The notes beneath the pieces were generated by a model. It was not told the origin of the DNA. It saw nothing but the letters and a program-made list of their open reading frames with translations, and ran no database searches. A stretch of 32,182 nucleotides of DNA from a virus (lineage: Duplodnaviria > Caudoviricetes). Both the position numbers and the translations under genes were made by a program. The DNA lies in IMG/VR virus record IMGVR_UViG_3300044788_000103, positions 1 to 32,182 of that record. One strand, written 5' to 3'. This document shows positions 25,255 to 32,182 of this stretch, one piece after another. Each line of letters starts with the position of its first letter. Position 1 is the first letter of the stretch.

Positions 25255-25474
25255 TGGGGGTCTCCGGAGGGAGTTGGATCGGGATGGGCCACCACTCCCA
25301 GCTACGTTTGCGGGCCGTTTCGAGGCCAAAGGAGGAGGAGTTCGGATAGAACCTGATGCCATCGGTGCAGTACGCGACCGTCGGCGAACTGTATCTGCGT
25401 TCTGAGTACGCCAGACTATGCCGCATCCAGTAGTAGCCGCTGGCGTGCGGCGGTTCCTTGGTCCACTCAGCCAC
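25139..25474 (-). CDS. Phage hypothetical protein (WTKEPP..GYYW type)
   Basis: MAEWTKEPPHASGYYWMR...WWPIPIQLPP; the 3' third overlaps the next gene and looks like read-through. Confidence 0.55.
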   Translation of the reverse strand: MAEWTKEPPHASGYYWMRHSLAYSERRYSSPTVAYCTDGIRFYPNSSSFGLETARKRSWEWWPIPIQLPPETPNDQAEDRQEAQRPHRQSRARGAQGSQKLRGARLPVGRR

Positions 25475-25754
25475 AGTCGCCTCCAGGTTCGTTTAGATTG
25501 GGTTGGATCGGCAGGACAATCCGCTTGCAGCGCGACCACTCAACCGCAAGTGATGTGCGCGATGGCGCAGCGGAAGCCTCACGCAGTCTCAGTAGAACGT
25601 CGTGGTCGTACTCAAACACACAGTCACGCGGCAGGCTCAGCGTGTAGACGCCGCGCTTGCGCGTGACCTCAACGCGCAGCGCGTTTCCACGAACGGCGTA
25701 CATCACCTGCGGTTCATCGGCGAACGCGCGCACGATGCACTTGCGGTCAGCCAC
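25467..25754 (-). CDS. Hypothetical protein
   Basis: 95 aa, GGAGG RBS, 8-nt overlaps with neighbours. Confidence 0.55.
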   Translation of the reverse strand: MADRKCIVRAFADEPQVMYAVRGNALRVEVTRKRGVYTLSLPRDCVFEYDHDVLLRLREASAAPSRTSLAVEWSRCKRIVLPIQPNLNEPGGDCG

Positions 25755-26052
25755 GGTCGCCTCCCCTCTCGCGGCTCTTCGAGGCTTCCTTGATCCAGCG
25801 CCTGTTGGCTCTGGCCTGACGACGTTGCAGATATCCGTCCGTTCCGTAGTAGGCGCAGTTCGGGAAGCCGAGGAGGCGTCCGACCTCGATAGCGTGCCAC
25901 GATGTAACCCACCATCGCCATGTCCACATGGCCGCGCGCGCGCTGCGCCGATCTAGCATTGCGCGGAACGCAAGGCGGAACGCGACGTTCAGTGCCCATA
26001 TCTGGGCGAGCCTCCACTTGATGTACATCACGGCCTTCTCGATGGCGCTCAT
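25747..26052 (-). CDS. Hypothetical protein
   Basis: MSAIEKAVMYIKW..., ATGA-coupled, GGAG RBS. Confidence 0.5.
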   Translation of the reverse strand: MSAIEKAVMYIKWRLAQIWALNVAFRLAFRAMLDRRSARAAMWTWRWWVTSWHAIEVGRLLGFPNCAYYGTDGYLQRRQARANRRWIKEASKSRERGGDRG

Positions 26053-26546
26053 GTGGTTTTCTCCCCGCCGAGAGCGGCGAGCGCGGTGTCGAGGCCGCAG
26101 GAGCACGGACCAGATTGCAGTTCGCCGTCGTCGTTGTGCTGCGCTTGCCATGCTCCGCAATCCTGCATGTGCGTCACGTACGGCAGCAGCACGAGCAGCG
26201 CCTGTGCGAGAAGCGGCTCGCGGGTGCGGGCGGAGGCGATGAACTCTGCGTCAGGGTGCGCCAGAGAGCGAAACCAGTTCTCGTGGTGCTCGCGTCCGAC
26301 CACAGGCGAGGACCATACCTGCGCGTGCGCCATGATGTACGCGTTGTTTCGGAAGCGGGGAGCCGCCCCAGAGAATCCCCAGCGAACGAAGTCCATCACG
26401 TACTCGAAGCGGTGTCCGAGCCCGCCGCTTTCGATGTGGATCGACTTGCTTTTGAGGTTGACGTTCCAGAACCACGGCCCCTTGGTCGCCGCCTTGTCCT
26501 GCTCCAGCGCCACCAGCGCCAGCTTCCTGATTGCGTCGGTGGTCAC
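26049..26546 (-). CDS. Ead/Ea22-like family protein
   Basis: AATKGPW ... HPDAEFIASAR signature with internal VMDFVRWG...GREHH..W block. Confidence 0.75.
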   Translation of the reverse strand: MTTDAIRKLALVALEQDKAATKGPWFWNVNLKSKSIHIESGGLGHRFEYVMDFVRWGFSGAAPRFRNNAYIMAHAQVWSSPVVGREHHENWFRSLAHPDAEFIASARTREPLLAQALLVLLPYVTHMQDCGAWQAQHNDDGELQSGPCSCGLDTALAALGGEKTT

Positions 26547-26761
26547 GGCTTCCTCCCGCCCTTGCGCAGCTTCGCCTCGTAGCGGTCGACGGCGGTCCAG
26601 AGCAGCTCGCGCCTGCGATGCCACTCCGCTGCGCTCGCGTTCGAATCGAGTTCGAGGTCCTCCTCGTACGCCCTCCGCGCGCGCCGCGCCGCCTGGATCA
26701 GCGGCCTCGGGTTCACGAGCAGCCTCGCGCCAGCGGTCGGTCGGATCTCAGCGCGGGGCAT
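26543..26761 (-). CDS. Hypothetical protein
   Basis: 72 aa, stop overlaps next GTG. Confidence 0.5.
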   Translation of the reverse strand: MPRAEIRPTAGARLLVNPRPLIQAARRARRAYEEDLELDSNASAAEWHRRRELLWTAVDRYEAKLRKGGRKP

Positions 26762-27872
26762 TCTTCAGCGCCTCCTTGGCGGTCTCGAATCGCTTGCGGG
26801 CCAGCGTCTTCTTGTCGGCCCACTCCGGTCCGCCGAAGTGCTTCAGCCATTCGAGATCGGCGAGAGCGAGTTCGATCGCAGCGCGCGCGTACTCCCGCGC
26901 CTCTGGCACGCTCAGCTTGCAGAGCGGGCAGTCCGAGAGCGAGCGGTCCGATTGCTCGGCGGGTGGAGCAGGTGCCTTGCTGATCGGCCGCTCGCTCTCC
27001 AGCCCGTCGCACGCTGCGGCGGGTGTCAGGTTCATGCCGCGTACGTACCGCGCGGCCTCACGATCGTCGAAGTCCTCATGCGGCATGAACTTGGCTCTCG
27101 CCTCGAAGAACTTGGCGATGTCCTCTTGCGCCTGCAACCGCGCACCGCGGAGCGACGTCTCCAGCTTGTTCGCGCGCAGCGTTTCGTGCCCCAGCTCGCG
27201 GCGCAGATTCGCCTCGTCGTTGAGCAGCCGATCGATCTCGCTGTGCTGATTGTCGCGCACAAGTTCAGCCAACTCGCAGCGTTTCTTCCAGTCGATGTGC
27301 GAGACCGGATTGCGCGGGTCTGTCATCGGGTCGGTGCTGGCACCAGGGGCAGGACTCGAACCTGCATCCTCTCGTTCCCGCTGCGAGTCTTTCGCCGCAG
27401 CGACCGTCGAGTGCGCTTCCGATTGCGCCACCCTGGCATTGCTCGTCTGCCGCGCGCGGATCCGCTGCGCGAGTTTGTTGTGCTCGCCCTCGATCGCTTG
27501 CGGATACCACTCGTCCGCGATCTTGGCCGCCTCATCGAACGCCTGGTCGCGCGCGTGCTGAGCGATGACGTCGGCGCTGATCTCGATGCGGCACAGTTCC
27601 GTGACGCGATCTGTGAACCACCGCGCCAGGTAGGATTTCTTGTCGCCGCAGAGCATCGCGCGCACGATCTGCTCGCAGGTACCCTCTGCGATGTTGTTCA
27701 CGCGTTTCTCGACCGCCAACGTGAGCGGGCGCGGCGCGTCGACTCGGAACGATCCGGACGGAGTCAAAGTGCTGTCCGGGTGTCCATTGCAGATCTCGCC
27801 CGGCTTCAACGTCCCCGCGCATATGGGGCACGGAACGAAGTTGACGGTCTGGTACTGGCAGGTCTCAGTCAT
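26748..27872 (-). CDS. Mosaic phage hypothetical protein containing an in-frame tRNA-like element
   Basis: 374 aa, ATGA-coupled start; AFDEAAKIAD...LAQRIRA module and coiled-coil module joined by RVAQ...GSSPAPG (translated tRNA-like sequence). Confidence 0.6.
   Translation of the reverse strand: MTETCQYQTVNFVPCPICAGTLKPGEICNGHPDSTLTPSGSFRVDAPRPLTLAVEKRVNNIAEGTCEQIVRAMLCGDKKSYLARWFTDRVTELCRIEISADVIAQHARDQAFDEAAKIADEWYPQAIEGEHNKLAQRIRARQTSNARVAQSEAHSTVAAAKDSQREREDAGSSPAPGASTDPMTDPRNPVSHIDWKKRCELAELVRDNQHSEIDRLLNDEANLRRELGHETLRANKLETSLRGARLQAQEDIAKFFEARAKFMPHEDFDDREAARYVRGMNLTPAAACDGLESERPISKAPAPPAEQSDRSLSDCPLCKLSVPEAREYARAAIELALADLEWLKHFGGPEWADKKTLARKRFETAKEALKNAPR
27338..27437 (-). ncRNA. tRNA-like element with extended, anticodon-less arm and encoded CCA
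   Basis: Minus strand: GCCAGGG-TG-GCGC-AATCGGAA-GCGC-A-CTCG-[33 nt]-CGAG-AGGAT-GCAGG-TTCGAGT-CCTGC-CCCTGGT-G-CCA. Acceptor, D and T arms pair fully. Confidence 0.8.
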
Positions 27873-28192
27873 GCCCCACCCGCTCCCTGCTTGATGACCT
27901 CGTCCACGCGCAGACGGTCCAGCCGCTGCTCCGACCCGAACGCGTAAGCGGTTAGGAACTTCGAGCGCAGCACGTCACCGCAGTGCATCGTGATGATCGA
28001 GTCCGCCTGGCCCTTCTCGTCGCGCACCGTGAACTCCAGGATCACGTACACATCGCGCAGCCGGTGCTTCTCCCGGAGAGCGCGCAGGTCTGCGTAGAAC
28101 GCTTCGCACGCGGCGTTCGCCTTCCCCTGGCTTTCGAAGGGATCGGAGAGCGTGCGGTACAGGTCGGGGTCCTTCGTGATGGTCTCGCTCAA
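27869..28192 (-). CDS. Hypothetical protein
   Basis: TTG start overlapping upstream TGA, GAGG RBS; KDPDLYRTLSDPFES... Confidence 0.6.
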   Translation of the reverse strand: MSETITKDPDLYRTLSDPFESQGKANAACEAFYADLRALREKHRLRDVYVILEFTVRDEKGQADSIITMHCGDVLRSKFLTAYAFGSEQRLDRLRVDEVIKQGAGGA

Positions 28193-28521
28193 GTGGCACC
28201 TCGGCAGCTCGATTCGGCTCGGAAGAACTCTCCCACTGCTCCGTCGCCTTCGATCTTGGCGGTGAGGAGCACCAGCGCGCCGTTCTCGAGAGCGGCTGGA
28301 AACTGAAGCACGGTTCCACGCGGAACGCCGAGGACGCGCCGCATGCTCGCGCGCGTCTCGTCGGCGAACTCCTGGGTGAGGAGCGGCTTCCCGCAGCGGC
28401 TGCACAGCCACTCGGGCGGCTCCGCGCTACAGGTGTGGACTGGCCCGGCGTGTCCGATCTGCCGGCGCAGCTCCTGTTCGATCAGGGACTTCTCGCCGTC
28501 GTTTGTCAGCCATTCCTTCAT
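28189..28521 (-). CDS. Hypothetical protein (HxC...CxxC)
   Basis: ATGA-coupled; HTC...WLCSRCGKP. Confidence 0.55.
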   Translation of the reverse strand: MKEWLTNDGEKSLIEQELRRQIGHAGPVHTCSAEPPEWLCSRCGKPLLTQEFADETRASMRRVLGVPRGTVLQFPAALENGALVLLTAKIEGDGAVGEFFRAESSCRGAT

Positions 28522-28877
28522 GCGGCACCTCGGTAGATCAGGGACTTCCAGGAACATTTTGGGGATCGGTTGCTGCTGTTTGCCGGTGCGAAGCCGCTGA
28601 CTTCGATCCAGCCCATGCTGCGCGCGCGAGTGAAAACGGGCCCCCAGACGCGAGCGTCGATCGCCTCCGGCGTCTCGCATGTCTTGCGCACGTCCTCGGC
28701 CAGGAACTGCGCGTGCTGCTCGGCGTACACCCGCACCGCGTCCAGTGCCCGCTCCTCGAAGCCGGGATCCCGTCGCAGCGTGCTCGCCTCCACACGCGCC
28801 ATGCCCTCGCCGCGCCGGCGCTCCGCAATCTCGCGCTCGCGTGCGGCGTCGAAGTCGAACTCTCCGGCGTGGTTCAT
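28518..28877 (-). CDS. Phage hypothetical protein
   Basis: GMARV...FLAEDVR...DARVWGPVFTRARSMGWI...WKSLIY; ATGA-coupled. Confidence 0.7.
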   Translation of the reverse strand: MNHAGEFDFDAAREREIAERRRGEGMARVEASTLRRDPGFEERALDAVRVYAEQHAQFLAEDVRKTCETPEAIDARVWGPVFTRARSMGWIEVSGFAPANSSNRSPKCSWKSLIYRGAA

Positions 28878-29131
28878 CGCGGAGAATCCCCTCTCCGCTC
28901 GTCGCGGATCTCCCGGTGCATCAGCAACTCGATCTCGTTCACGATCCGGCCCGTCCGCCGGTACACGTGCGTGCGCTTCCGATCGGAAAGCTGCTCCGAG
29001 ATCACCCACACCTCGCCAGCCATGCGCGTCTGCGCCGTGAGCCCGCACCACGGCCCGCCGATGAAGTGCACCGGCACCGGCTTCTCCAGAAGCGGGCCGA
29101 GATCTTGGGCAGGCTCGGTCATCGCGTTCAT
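28874..29131 (-). CDS. Hypothetical protein (FIGGP motif)
   Basis: VHFIGGPWCG...HVYRR; ATGA-coupled. Confidence 0.6.
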   Translation of the reverse strand: MNAMTEPAQDLGPLLEKPVPVHFIGGPWCGLTAQTRMAGEVWVISEQLSDRKRTHVYRRTGRIVNEIELLMHREIRDERRGDSPR

Positions 29132-29622
29132 GCCGACTTCCTGGCCGCTGCCTCGGCCTGCCGCTGCTCCAGCACGTCCCGCATCGCCATCTGCGCCCGG
29201 GCGTGGATCGAGTTCCGCAGCGACTGCTTCCCAGTCACCGGCGACAGCAACTCGTCCGGGCTCCAGCTCTCGTGCCGCAGCGTCGCGCACCCAGACGGCG
29301 CCCGGAACACCCTCGGCATCTCGCTGATCCCCTCCTCCGCAGCCATGCCCTCGTAGCGCTCGCTCGCCTGCTGCTGCTGCGCGCGCCGGGCTGCGCCATC
29401 GCTCCGGATCACCCGCGCGCCAGCGATGATCCTGGCGCGTCCCAGGAGCTCTGCCAGCCTCGGCCAGTACGTGCAGTGTTCGATGCACTGCTCGACCGCC
29501 TGCGCCAGGTCCTCCGCCGGCACGTGCGCCAGCTTCTCGGTGTACAGCGCCAGCGTGTTCACCGCCTGCCGCTGGTTGGGGAACGCGGCCATGAGCCGCT
29601 CGATCGCTTCCCGTGCGTTCAT
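29128..29622 (-). CDS. Replicative helicase loader/inhibitor-like protein (G39P-like)
   Basis: LMAAFP...YTEKLAHVPAEDLAQAVEQCIEHCTYWPRLAEL; directly downstream of the initiator-like gene. Confidence 0.7.
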   Translation of the reverse strand: MNAREAIERLMAAFPNQRQAVNTLALYTEKLAHVPAEDLAQAVEQCIEHCTYWPRLAELLGRARIIAGARVIRSDGAARRAQQQQASERYEGMAAEEGISEMPRVFRAPSGCATLRHESWSPDELLSPVTGKQSLRNSIHARAQMAMRDVLEQRQAEAAARKSA

Positions 29623-30548
29623 GCGCTCGCAGCTCCCTTCGGGCACACGCTATCCAGCGTGGCCATGTTCTCGTCGTAGGTGGTCTGGCGGGGGGCGTGG
29701 CCGTTCGCCTTCGCCTTGCGCGGGTCGGACGCGAGCAGCCGCGCGTACTGCGAGCGAAGCACGCCGAGGTCGAATCCCTTGGCCGCCCAGAATGGGTCGG
29801 TCATCAGCCGCCGAGCGCACTCCTGCATCTCGGCCAGGTTGTCCTTGGCGAGCCCACAGAGCGCGCGCACGTGCGCGCCGTCCTTGCCGGACTGGAACGG
29901 GTACTCGCGCCCGTCTGGCGCCTCCTGGCTCTTCGTGGCGGCGCGGTACTCCTCGGCCCACCAGGCGATGAACCGATGGTGCGTGGTCGTCGGCACCGCG
30001 CGCGGCTTCGGCTGCGGCTTCGCTTCGACCGCGGGCAAAGCCGCCGGTGCAGGTTCCCCCTCTGCACTCCCCCCAGCAGAGCCCAGCCCAGCCCAGCCCA
30101 GCCCAGCAGCGCGCGGCCGTGCGCGCGCGCCCACGCGCGAGGGCCAGATGGGGCCAGTACCGGGCCAGTCCGGGCCAGCAGGGGCCAACGAGGAGACATC
30201 TGGGAACTCCGAGAGCCGCCGATGGTCCCTCTTCCCGATTCGTCCGGCCTTCTCCTCGTGCTCGACGTTGACCAGGAAGGCCTCGCCGTCCACCTCGTAG
30301 ATCTCGATCAGCCCGACCTTGCGGCAGGCCTTGACCGCTGCCAGCGTCGCCTTGTCGGTCATCTTCAGCATCGGCCACACCAGCGCGTTGAGCTTGCGCG
30401 GGTCCGCAGAGAACCTGCCCCAGTCGTCGAGCTTGGTCTGGAGCATCACGTAGAACAGGCGCGCGGCGTGGTCGGGAAGATCGGCGAGACGCGTGCTCGT
30501 GGTGATCCCCTCGAAGAGCGGAGCCCAGTGATCAGCCTTCCTGCTCAC
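29619..30548 (-). CDS. Phage replication initiator/replisome organiser
   Basis: N-terminal winged-helix-like region ARLFYVML...DDWGRF...LVWP...GLIEIYEVDG, repeat-rich linker, helical C-terminal domain. Confidence 0.75.
   Translation of the reverse strand: MSRKADHWAPLFEGITTSTRLADLPDHAARLFYVMLQTKLDDWGRFSADPRKLNALVWPMLKMTDKATLAAVKACRKVGLIEIYEVDGEAFLVNVEHEEKAGRIGKRDHRRLSEFPDVSSLAPAGPDWPGTGPIWPSRVGARARPRAAGLGWAGLGSAGGSAEGEPAPAALPAVEAKPQPKPRAVPTTTHHRFIAWWAEEYRAATKSQEAPDGREYPFQSGKDGAHVRALCGLAKDNLAEMQECARRLMTDPFWAAKGFDLGVLRSQYARLLASDPRKAKANGHAPRQTTYDENMATLDSVCPKGAASA
30081..30188. repeat. Iteron-like repeats (candidate replication origin) inside the initiator gene
   Basis: (GCCCA)x5 at 30081-30105; GGGCCA(G/A) at 30141, 30151, 30162, 30172, 30182. 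Confidence 0.65.
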
Positions 30549-30742
30549 GCGGCCTGTTCCCCCTTCTGCTCGATGATCTTCTCGGCCTTCTCGCGCTGCG
30601 CGTCCGTCAGCGGCCTGCCCTGGTCAATCACCTGCTCGGCAACCGACTCGACGAACTCGACCTCCCAGGCGTTCAGACCGTCCTCGATCGCGCAGAGCGC
30701 TTGCACGGTGGCCTCGTCGTCGGGGTGGGAGGTGGCGCTCAA
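30545..30742 (-). CDS. Small hypothetical protein
   Basis: TTG start overlapping upstream TGA, AGGAGG RBS; LNAWEVEFVESV...LTDAQREK. Confidence 0.65.
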   Translation of the reverse strand: MSATSHPDDEATVQALCAIEDGLNAWEVEFVESVAEQVIDQGRPLTDAQREKAEKIIEQKGEQAA

Positions 30743-31206
30743 ACGGCCTCCTGGGTGGCAGCCAGGAGTAGCTGCTCGCGCGCCCACTGACAGAGCGTCT
30801 TCCGAGCGGCCGACGCAGCTTCCTTTATCTGCTTGCGTTCGCTTGGACGCAACCGGACTTGCAGGGTAACGCGGCGAATAAGCTCGGGTGTCGTGCTTGC
30901 CAGAGGCCTGCGCGCGAGTGGCAGTTTGATGGAGCGCTGATACAGGTGGTCTGGATTGCAGCAGGAGGGGCTCCCGCACCGCGAACGGACCCGAGCCCCC
31001 ATCACCACAAATTCCCCAGCGAGAAGCAGGCTGACGTGGCGCGCCGCAAATGATCGACCAGAAAAACTGAGCCGTGGTTCCTGCTTTGAAAATGAGCCGA
31101 CCCAGATCCAACACGAGTTCGGATTCTGTGTCGACACGCGCGACTGGAAATGCACTTTCAGTTGCGCCCGAACATGGGCGGGAATGTCAGCAAGCGGATC
31201 GGCCAT
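30739..31206 (-). CDS. Degenerate HNH (His-Cys type) domain fused to a ribbon-helix-helix-like domain
   Basis: CWIWVG...AARHVS...VRSRCGSPSCCNPDHL, then RRVTLQVRLRPSERKQIKEAA...TLCQWAREQLL. Confidence 0.7.
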   Translation of the reverse strand: MADPLADIPAHVRAQLKVHFQSRVSTQNPNSCWIWVGSFSKQEPRLSFSGRSFAARHVSLLLAGEFVVMGARVRSRCGSPSCCNPDHLYQRSIKLPLARRPLASTTPELIRRVTLQVRLRPSERKQIKEAASAARKTLCQWAREQLLLAATQEAV

Positions 31207-32182
31207 CACCCGACCTCCTGCACCGCGCGCTCGAGCACGTTCGCGCGCACGCTCAGGACCCTCCCTGCACACTCTTGGAACGCCGCCCGCGCCTGCGCGG
31301 GGACGACGGCGTTTCCGAGACATCGAATGCTGTCCACCAGCACGGCAGCCCGAGCAGAGCCGCGACGAACAGCGGGTTGAGTCGGGGGTGGGCCTCCGGC
31401 TGCGAGGTACTCGCGCCAGCGGTCGGCGTCGTTAGGACCTGGCGGCCAAGGGGAGGAGAGCCCTGGAAACCCGTCTCGGCTTCGCTTCTGTAGTCTCGCG
31501 CGATTGGCGTGGCCCAGTTGCTTCTCGCCATCGTATCCAGGCTCGGACGCACCGGACCGACGCGCCCCGCACTCCCGCCCTGGTTCGTGCCGTAACTCTG
31601 CGCAGTCGGCGTCGGCCACTCCCGCACCTTGTCCGTCAGCGTCGTGCCTGAGTGCCTGCCGCTCGCCGTCGAGTACGCCGCACTTCCGGAGGAGGAGCTG
31701 TCCTTCTTCTCCTCGGTACGCGAGGAAGAACAATCGGTCGCGCTCGTGCGGCGCGCCCACGTCGGACGCACGGAGACAAGTCCATTCGACATCGAACCCG
31801 ATGGCGGCAAGGTCGGCAAGCACGTCGGCGAACCCAAGCGAAAGGTGTCCTCGGACGTTCTCACAGAACAGGAGCGGCGCGTCGCACTCCTGAAGGACTC
31901 GATAGACCTCGGGCCAGAGGTGGCGCTCGTCTTCGTGGCCGTCTCGGTTGCCGGCGACGGAGAAGGGCTGACAGGGATACCCCGCAATGACGAGATCCAC
32001 CGCGCCACGCCAGCGTCGGCCTCCGAAGGATCGGAGATCGTCGAAGACAGGAGCCTGATCCAGCGCCGCTTGCGCCATCCCTTCCACGAGGCAGGCCGCG
32101 GCGAAAGCGTCGCGCTCGACCAGGCACACACCTCGAGCCCAGGGGCGAAGGGCAAGCTCGAGTCCTCCCAGGCCAGCACAGA
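31206..32182 (-). CDS. DNA (cytosine-5)-methyltransferase, main (alpha) frame, 5' end outside window
   Basis: Motif I variant CAGLGGLELAL at window edge, motif IV GYPCQPFS, VI ENV, VIII HERDRLF, X LGNAVVP. Confidence 0.92.
   Translation of the reverse strand, partial: CAGLGGLELALRPWARGVCLVERDAFAAACLVEGMAQAALDQAPVFDDLRSFGGRRWRGAVDLVIAGYPCQPFSVAGNRDGHEDERHLWPEVYRVLQECDAPLLFCENVRGHLSLGFADVLADLAAIGFDVEWTCLRASDVGAPHERDRLFFLAYRGEEGQLLLRKCGVLDGERQALRHDADGQGAGVADADCAELRHEPGRECGARRSGASEPGYDGEKQLGHANRARLQKRSRDGFPGLSSPWPPGPNDADRWREYLAAGGPPPTQPAVRRGSARAAVLVDSIRCLGNAVVPAQARAAFQECAGRVLSVRANVLERAVQEVG
31253..31792 (-). CDS. Overlapping alternative-frame MTase subunit (beta) carrying motif IX
   Basis: WPTPTA/WATPIA repeats and RLNPLFVAALLGLPCWWT; nested within the MTase gene in another frame. 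Start uncertain (frame is open to the window edge). Confidence 0.7.
   Translation of the reverse strand: MSNGLVSVRPTWARRTSATDCSSSRTEEKKDSSSSGSAAYSTASGRHSGTTLTDKVREWPTPTAQSYGTNQGGSAGRVGPVRPSLDTMARSNWATPIARDYRSEAETGFQGSPPLGRQVLTTPTAGASTSQPEAHPRLNPLFVAALLGLPCWWTAFDVSETPSSPRRRGRRSKSVQGGS

Noticed and set aside
25366-25378. Further partial match to the palindromic box (GTGCAGTACGCGA)
   Set aside because: Only a half-site and inside a coding region; likely chance.
27338-27437. A canonical, decodable tRNA gene
   Set aside because: No 7-nt anticodon loop can be drawn, so no isotype can be assigned; reported as tRNA-like instead.
22298-30188. CRISPR array or mini-array from the short repeats
   Set aside because: The repeats are tandem, coding and lack unique spacers; no cas genes seen.

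Overview
High-GC window of a tailed phage or prophage with a long non-contractile tail (no sheath gene seen). The + strand (1-22555) carries the late operon: end of a neck gene, a small gpM-like gene, tail terminator, tail tube, a G/GT-type chaperone pair, a 1004-aa tape measure, a lambda-like tail tip module (enlarged gpM/Dit, gpL, gpK/NlpC-P60, gpI-J fusion), fibre/accessory virion genes, and a membrane/lipoprotein (lysis-like) cluster with no recognisable endolysin. The - strand (22656-32182) is a tightly packed early/replication region: many small hypothetical genes, an Ead/Ea22-like gene, a helicase-loader-like gene, a replication initiator with iteron-like repeats, a degenerate HNH-RHH fusion and a C5 DNA methyltransferase with an overlapping second frame. 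Most notable signals: (i) a 100-nt CCA-ending tRNA-like element whose anticodon loop is replaced by a long hairpin, lying in frame inside a CDS; (ii) a ~270-nt multi-hairpin, potentially pseudoknotted intergenic RNA; (iii) a palindromic CGTAGTACG box ahead of three late genes; (iv) an 84-bp in-frame segment shared by two unrelated tail genes. All family calls come from motif recognition by eye; no database search or folding program was run.
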